Positions 58,307 through 64,000 of a DNA stretch of 64,000 nt are shown piece after piece; position 1 is the stretch's first letter; each line of letters begins with the position of its first letter. Below the pieces are notes generated by a model. The model saw only the letters and a list, made by a program, of their open reading frames with translations. It did no database searches and was not told where the DNA came from. Position numbers and translations under genes: made by a program. Origin of the DNA: an uncultured Gammaproteobacteria bacterium (GTDB lineage Bacteria; Patescibacteriota; Microgenomatia; UBA12405); contig CAZVMP010000002.1 of assembly GCA_964628885.1 (NCBI GenBank), positions 10,330 to 74,329 of the forward strand, in the 5' to 3' direction.

Positions 58307-58854
58307 TGCCGAATTTTGTCAACACCAATATTGACGGCCTAATCATTATTGAACCCTCAGTTTTCAAAGATGATAGGGGATTTTTTTTGGAAAGCTATAA
58401 TCAAAAAGTTTTTGCTGATAACGGCATTGATGTTAATTTTGTTCAGGACAATCACTCCAGCTCAACACAAGGAGTACTTCGTGGACTTCATTTTCAAAAA
58501 CCACCCTTTTCTCAGGATAAACTTATCCGCTGTTCTCGTGGTGAGGTTTTTGATGTTGCCGTTGACCTTCGACCTAACTCTGTCACTTTTGGTCAGTGGG
58601 AAAGCCTTATTTTATCCGAAGATAACCAAAAAATGTTTTTTATTCCCCAAGGCTTTGCTCATGGGTTTTTAGTTTTATCAGACATTGCTGATTTTCAGTA
58701 TAAATGTAGTAATTTTTATCACAAGGAATCGGAGTCCGGTCTTATCTGGAATGATCCTGATTTAAATATTAATTGGCCTCAAGTTAATAACTTAATTTTG
58801 TCTGACAAAGACAAGCTCTGGCCTAGTTTGAAAGATTTTAAGGAGACTTTATGA
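58306..58854 (+). CDS. rfbC: dTDP-4-dehydrorhamnose 3,5-epimerase
   Basis: DDRGFF, FVQDNHS, LRGLHFQ and GFAHGF motifs. Confidence 0.95.
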   Translation: MPNFVNTNIDGLIIIEPSVFKDDRGFFLESYNQKVFADNGIDVNFVQDNHSSSTQGVLRGLHFQKPPFSQDKLIRCSRGEVFDVAVDLRPNSVTFGQWESLILSEDNQKMFFIPQGFAHGFLVLSDIADFQYKCSNFYHKESESGLIWNDPDLNINWPQVNNLILSDKDKLWPSLKDFKETL

Positions 58855-59741
58855 CCACTATCATTGGCACCGGTCTAACCGGTCTAGTTGGTAGTCGGAT
58901 TGTTGAGTTACTGAAAGATAATTATAATTTTGTTGATTTTTCCCTTGATTCGCAAGTTAATATTCTTGATCAAGGTAGTCTTTCTCAAGCTTTTGGAGCC
59001 AATAGTAGTGCTACTACCATTATCCATTTAGCTGCTTTCACTGATACCGCTGCTGCTTGGGAACAAAGAGGCGATAAATCTGGCCTTTGCTATCAACTTA
59101 ATGTTACTGGAACTAAAAATATCCTTGATTTAGCCCAAAAACATCGTCTTAAATTAATTTATATTTCCACCGATTTTGTTTTTAGTGGCAGTAAAACTAC
59201 TCCTTATTTTGAAACTGATATGCCTGATCCTATTGAATGGTATGGTGAAACTAAATATTTAGGTGAAAAATTAATTCAAGATTCAAGTTACCCTAACTAT
59301 GCTATTGCTAGGATTACCTACCCTTATCGGGCTAATTTTGATAAAAAACCAGACATTATTCATAAAGTCTTAACCAAACTTCAAAATGGGGAGACAGTTA
59401 AGATGTTTTCTGATCAGATTTGTACTTACACTTTTATTGATAATATTGCTTATGGAATAGACAAGCTCATTAAAAGTGACTCTCGTGGTATTTATCATTT
59501 AGTAGGATCTTCTTCTCATTCTCCTTATCATATGGCCCAACTAGTTGCCAAAACCTTTGGTTATAACGAAAAATTAGTTCAAGCTTCAAGCTTAAAAGAT
59601 TATCTTAAATCACAGCCGGCCGGTTCTCGTCCTTGGCAAGAAACCTTAATTACTTCTAATCAAAAAGCCGTTAATTTAGGGATAAGTTTTAAGACCTTAA
59701 TTGAAGGTTTAGAAGAAATTAAAGTTCAGAAATCACTTTAG
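58851..59741 (+). CDS. rfbD: dTDP-4-dehydrorhamnose reductase
   Basis: GLTGLVG, HLAAFT, ISTDFVFSG and YGETK motifs. Confidence 0.88.
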   Translation: MTTIIGTGLTGLVGSRIVELLKDNYNFVDFSLDSQVNILDQGSLSQAFGANSSATTIIHLAAFTDTAAAWEQRGDKSGLCYQLNVTGTKNILDLAQKHRLKLIYISTDFVFSGSKTTPYFETDMPDPIEWYGETKYLGEKLIQDSSYPNYAIARITYPYRANFDKKPDIIHKVLTKLQNGETVKMFSDQICTYTFIDNIAYGIDKLIKSDSRGIYHLVGSSSHSPYHMAQLVAKTFGYNEKLVQASSLKDYLKSQPAGSRPWQETLITSNQKAVNLGISFKTLIEGLEEIKVQKSL

Positions 59742-60936
59742 CCATTTTTCTTGCTTCCTTGATGGCAAAATTTAAACCTCTGTCTTCAGGGTAGATTTGG
59801 GCAAAATTCATTTGGTAAATTTTATTAGACAGTTTGACCTTAGGAATTTTACTTTTGTAATCAGTAGTTACTATTTGCTGAGCCTCTTTAAATCTAAACA
59901 CCGACACCTTATTAACCATTTTGCTATCAAATTTAGGAAATATTTTATTAAGGTATTTAAACCAATCATCAGTTATTTTTTTATCGCTCCATTTAAAAAA
60001 TTTATGATTTCTAGGCAGATAAGCTCCTAGATAGTAAATTTCCTTATTTCCGTAATTTTTTTTATCAATTAAATTAGTCTGTTGTACCACCGCTACAAAA
60101 GGGGAATTAGTGTCATTAATGTTATGCCAGTAATAAGGGCTTAAGTTTTGTTTGCTTTCAAAAACTACCCCAATTACCCCTAAATATTCTACTTTTTTTG
60201 ATGGCCTAGTATCCACGATAATCTCATAATTCTTTTCCAATTCTGTTAACTTTTCTAAGTTGGTGTTTAGTTTAATTTCCCCTCCGTTTTCTTTGATTAA
60301 TTTAGCCAGTTTTTCTACTATTAGTTCAAAGCCTCCGTTAATATAACCTAAAACCTCTTCACCTTTTTTGTTAGTTGAGTTGCCCCTAGTATGAATTCTG
60401 GCCCACAACCAAGCCATGGAAATATCTTTGTAATAATTATGAAACTTACCTTTTAGTAATGGTTTCCAAACCACCTCATAAGCCTTTTTTCCCACCGCCT
60501 TCTTCATCCATTGATCAGCTGTAATTTTTTCATATTTTTCCCAATTTTTATCAAACTTTAGCCATAGTGCCACCATTCCCATTCTTAATTTACTTACCAA
60601 GCTTAAGGGTTTAAATTTTAATAAATCTATTGCTGTTACAAATGGATATATTTCTCCGTCCCAATATAATCCTAGTAAGCTTTTATACCAACCAATATTT
60701 TCTTTTAAACCAATTTCTTTCACTAGTTTTATAAAATCGGTATCAGTTTTAAAAAAATGGTGATATAGCTGTTCTAGTTTATTTTCTCCTATTTTAAATC
60801 CAGCCAACAAGCCTCCCAGTTGTTTCTCTTTTTCTAATATAGTTATCTTATTACCCTTTTTTGATAAAAAATATCCCAATGTCAATCCGCCAATACCACC
60901 TCCGACAATTACAATATTTTTCCCTTTTCTATTCAT
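59719..60936 (-). CDS. FAD-dependent oxidoreductase (protoporphyrinogen oxidase / amine oxidase-like)
   Basis: VGGGIGGL, LEKEKQLGGL, YHHFF, SMAWLWAR and YPEDRG motifs. Confidence 0.8.
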   Translation of the reverse strand: MNRKGKNIVIVGGGIGGLTLGYFLSKKGNKITILEKEKQLGGLLAGFKIGENKLEQLYHHFFKTDTDFIKLVKEIGLKENIGWYKSLLGLYWDGEIYPFVTAIDLLKFKPLSLVSKLRMGMVALWLKFDKNWEKYEKITADQWMKKAVGKKAYEVVWKPLLKGKFHNYYKDISMAWLWARIHTRGNSTNKKGEEVLGYINGGFELIVEKLAKLIKENGGEIKLNTNLEKLTELEKNYEIIVDTRPSKKVEYLGVIGVVFESKQNLSPYYWHNINDTNSPFVAVVQQTNLIDKKNYGNKEIYYLGAYLPRNHKFFKWSDKKITDDWFKYLNKIFPKFDSKMVNKVSVFRFKEAQQIVTTDYKSKIPKVKLSNKIYQMNFAQIYPEDRGLNFAIKEARKMAKVISEL

Positions 60937-61024
60937 TTACTCTTATGGTATCATAGAAACAGTCGCTGTTACCGTGACTTTGATGGTAGCAGTTTTTATT
61001 ATTTATCTAGATTTAAAACTATTT

Positions 61025-63136
61025 ATGGCCGAACAAATTAAATTAACCAAAAACCGTGACGTGCCTATGGAGAAAGTCCGTAATATTGGTATTATTGCTC
61101 ACATTGATGGCGGTAAAACCACTACTACCGAGCGTCTCTTATTTTATACTGGCAATATTCACAAAATTGGTTCAGTTGATGACGGTACCACTACCACTGA
61201 TTCCATGGTTCAAGAAAGAGAGAGAGGAATTACTATTCAGTCTGCTTGTGTTACTACTTTTTGGAAAGATTTTCGTCTCAACGTTATTGACACTCCTGGT
61301 CACGTTGATTTTACCGCTGAAGTCGAACGGTCACTTCGTGTTCTCGATGGGGCAATCATGATTTTTGATGGTAATGCTGGAGTTCAGGCTCAATCTGAAA
61401 CTGTTTGGCGCCAAGCTGATAAATATCACGTTCCTCGAATTGCTTTCGTTAATAAAATGGATAAAATTGGTGCTTCTTTTGAAAATACTCTTAAAAGTAT
61501 TCAAGACAAACTCCGTGCTCCTATTGTTCCTGTGGTTATTCCTATTGGTCAAGAACACGACTTTACTGGTGTTATTGATCTCATGACTCAAAAAATGATT
61601 GTTTATGACAAAGATGAACAAGGAATGGAATTTACCACTAAAGATGTTACCGATGATTATCGGGAAGCAGTTACTCTTGCCAGAGCTAAGATGGTAGAGC
61701 AAATTGCCGGTGAAGATGAGTCTCTTATGGAAAAATTTCTCAATGACCAAGAAATTTCTGTCCCAGAATTAAAAGCTGCTCTTAGAAAAGCCACTATTGA
61801 TCGCCGTCTTTTTCCAGTTTATTGTGGTGCTGCCTGGCGCAATAAAGGTATTCATCCTATTCTTGATGGGATTGTTGATTATTTACCCTCTCCTTTAGAT
61901 CTTCCTCCGATTGAGGGTTTTAATCCAGAAAATAACGAAGTTATTCTTCGTCGCCCACTTAAAACTGATCCTCTCTCAGCCTTACTTTTTAAAGTTCAAG
62001 CCGATCCTCACATAGGAACCTTATCCTATGTTAGAGTTTATTCTGGAAATCTTAAGGCTGGATCCGAAGTTTACAACACCACTAAGGGTAAAAGTGAGCG
62101 GATTGGGCGTCTTCTTTTAATGCATGCTGATAAGCGAGAAGGAATTGAGGAGGGTTTTGCTGGTGAGATTGTTGCCTGTATTGGTCTTAAAGAATCAACT
62201 ACTGGCGATACTTTATGCGACGGTAATAATGTTATTTCTTTGTCACCAATTCAGTTTTCTGAACCAGTTATCTCTCTTTCTGTTGAGCCTTTAACTACCG
62301 ATGATCAGGAAAAAATGGGTTCGGCTCTTAATCGCCTTGCCATCGAAGATCCGACCTTTAAAGTTAGTTATAATCACGAAACTGGTCAAACTATCATTGG
62401 GGGTATGGGAGAGCTTTATTTAGAAATAGTTGTTGATCGTCTTAAGCGCGAATTCGGAGTTGGGGTTAAAACCGGTTCTCCACAAGTAGCTTATCGAGAA
62501 ACTATTTCCAACAACGCAGAAGGTGAAGGTAAATATATTCATCAATCTGGTGGTCATGGTCAATATGGTCACTGTAAAATTAAAGTTGAACCAAAAAACC
62601 GTGGCGAAGGCTATGAATTTGTTAACGCTGTTAAGGGTGGAGCTATTCCTGCTAATTTTATTCCCGCTATTGAAAAGGGAGTTAAAGAAACTCTCCAAAA
62701 AGGGATTATTGCTGGTTATCCTTGCACCGATATCAAGGTTACTGTTTATGATGGCACTTATCACGAAGTTGACTCTTCTGAGATGGCTTTTAAACTAGCT
62801 GGATCCTATGCTATTAAAGATGCCTTCCAGGCTGCCAATCCTTTAGTCTTGGAACCGATTATGAAGTTTGAGGTTAACACTCCATCAGAATTTTTAGGTT
62901 CAGTTATTGGAGATTTATCTTCACGACGTGGTCAAATTAATAGTACTTCTGAATCTGGAAACTTTACTACTATTGAAGCTTCAGTTCCTTTAGAGGCAGT
63001 TCGTGGTTATGCTACTGTTATTAGAAGTTTAACCCAGGGTAGGGGATCATTTTATATGGAGCCTAGTCACTATGATCCAGTTCCTCGTGATATCCAGGAA
63101 CAGTTGACTAGCAAAATAAATCTTGGATCAAAGTAA
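61025..63136 (+). CDS. fusA: Elongation factor G
   Basis: RNIGIIAHIDGGKTT, QERERGITI, DTPGHVDF and HEVDSSEMAF motifs. Confidence 0.97.
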   Translation: MAEQIKLTKNRDVPMEKVRNIGIIAHIDGGKTTTTERLLFYTGNIHKIGSVDDGTTTTDSMVQERERGITIQSACVTTFWKDFRLNVIDTPGHVDFTAEVERSLRVLDGAIMIFDGNAGVQAQSETVWRQADKYHVPRIAFVNKMDKIGASFENTLKSIQDKLRAPIVPVVIPIGQEHDFTGVIDLMTQKMIVYDKDEQGMEFTTKDVTDDYREAVTLARAKMVEQIAGEDESLMEKFLNDQEISVPELKAALRKATIDRRLFPVYCGAAWRNKGIHPILDGIVDYLPSPLDLPPIEGFNPENNEVILRRPLKTDPLSALLFKVQADPHIGTLSYVRVYSGNLKAGSEVYNTTKGKSERIGRLLLMHADKREGIEEGFAGEIVACIGLKESTTGDTLCDGNNVISLSPIQFSEPVISLSVEPLTTDDQEKMGSALNRLAIEDPTFKVSYNHETGQTIIGGMGELYLEIVVDRLKREFGVGVKTGSPQVAYRETISNNAEGEGKYIHQSGGHGQYGHCKIKVEPKNRGEGYEFVNAVKGGAIPANFIPAIEKGVKETLQKGIIAGYPCTDIKVTVYDGTYHEVDSSEMAFKLAGSYAIKDAFQAANPLVLEPIMKFEVNTPSEFLGSVIGDLSSRRGQINSTSESGNFTTIEASVPLEAVRGYATVIRSLTQGRGSFYMEPSHYDPVPRDIQEQLTSKINLGSK

Positions 63137-63257
63137 AAACACAATTATTGCAAAGCTAGCAACTAGCTGATACAATTCTAAGACGTTTTATCTTAAAATA
63201 TTATTAATTAGAAATTAGTCTTAAACAAGACAATAAATAAAATAAAAAGGAGAAAAC

Positions 63258-64000
63258 ATGGCAGATACTTTTCAAAGAAATAAGCCACACGTTAACGTTG
63301 GTACTATTGGTCACGTCGATCATGGTAAAACAACCTTAACTGCCGCTATTTCCAAAATTCAAGGAAGTGCCAAAACATACGCCGATATCGCTAAGGGTGG
63401 TACTGTTCGTGATGCTTCCAAGATTGTTACTATTGCTATCTCTCATATCGAGTACGAAACCGACAAGAGACATTACGCCCACATTGATTGCCCTGGTCAC
63501 GCTGATTATGTTAAGAACATGATTACTGGTGCCGCTCAAATGGATGGTGCTATTTTAGTCGTCTCTGCACCAGATGGCCCCATGCCTCAAACCCGGGAAC
63601 ACGTCTTGTTAGCCAAACAGGTTAATGTCCCTAAATTAGTGGTCTACTTAAATAAGGTTGACTTAGTCGAAGATCCAGAATTTTTGGATTTAGTTGAGAT
63701 GGAAATTCGTGATTTACTTACTAAATACGGTTATCCTGGTGACGAAGTTCCAATTATTCGTGGTTCTGCTCTCAAGGCTCTTAATGGTGACACTGATGGA
63801 GTTGAATCTATCAAAAAATTGATGGAAGCTCTTGATACCTATATTCCTGAGCCCGTTCGTGAACTAGACAAACCATTTTTAATGGAAATTGAGGATGTCT
63901 TTTCCATTAAAGGTCGTGGTACAGTTGCTACTGGAAGAATTAACCGTGGTATTGTCAAGATTAATGACGAAGTTGAAATTGTTGGTCTTCGTGATACTCG
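63258..64000 (+). CDS. tuf: Elongation factor Tu (partial, runs off the right edge)
   Basis: Manual translation [26 protein letters not shown]...[21 protein letters not shown]; AAGGAG SD. Confidence 0.97.
   Translation, partial: MADTFQRNKPHVNVGTIGHVDHGKTTLTAAISKIQGSAKTYADIAKGGTVRDASKIVTIAISHIEYETDKRHYAHIDCPGHADYVKNMITGAAQMDGAILVVSAPDGPMPQTREHVLLAKQVNVPKLVVYLNKVDLVEDPEFLDLVEMEIRDLLTKYGYPGDEVPIIRGSALKALNGDTDGVESIKKLMEALDTYIPEPVRELDKPFLMEIEDVFSIKGRGTVATGRINRGIVKINDEVEIVGLRDT

Noticed and set aside
1632-63539. Dozens of 60-140 aa ORFs overlapping or antisense to recognised genes
   Set aside because: Shadow frames of long, well-supported genes, with no motifs or independent signals.

Overview
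An AT-rich, densely coding bacterial chromosome segment using the standard genetic code. Streamlined core proteins and gene content suggest a Patescibacteria (CPR), Microgenomates-like organism; this is inference only. Most of the window is housekeeping: gatCAB, two UvrD-family helicases, dut, rmuC, hrcA-grpE-dnaK-dnaJ, nusA-infB, rpsO-pnp, a protease-less Lon, rnj, proS, ftsK, alaS, sortase, ruvX, mltG, miaB-like, rpoBC, rpsL-rpsG, rfbBCD, fusA and a partial tuf. The standout is a self-contained minus-strand four-gene operon (6450-10028) with its own promoter, structured leader and terminator. It encodes (1) a radical SAM enzyme with a PqqD/RRE-like N-terminus and a short SPASM/Twitch tail, (2) a single-pass membrane protein whose predicted cytoplasmic tail is a Gly-rich linker ending in CVSSCACACACAGGGRAGC, (3) a TPM-domain lipoprotein and (4) a divergent LemA-like lipoprotein. 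This is a candidate RiPP-like system in which the precursor is a membrane protein. Other points of note are pervasive leaderless gene starts, a str operon split by about 6.5 kb, a non-canonical EF-Tu switch I, and substitutions in the rifampicin and streptomycin target sites. No rRNA, tRNA, CRISPR array or transposase was recognised. All family calls come from motif recognition by eye, not database searches.
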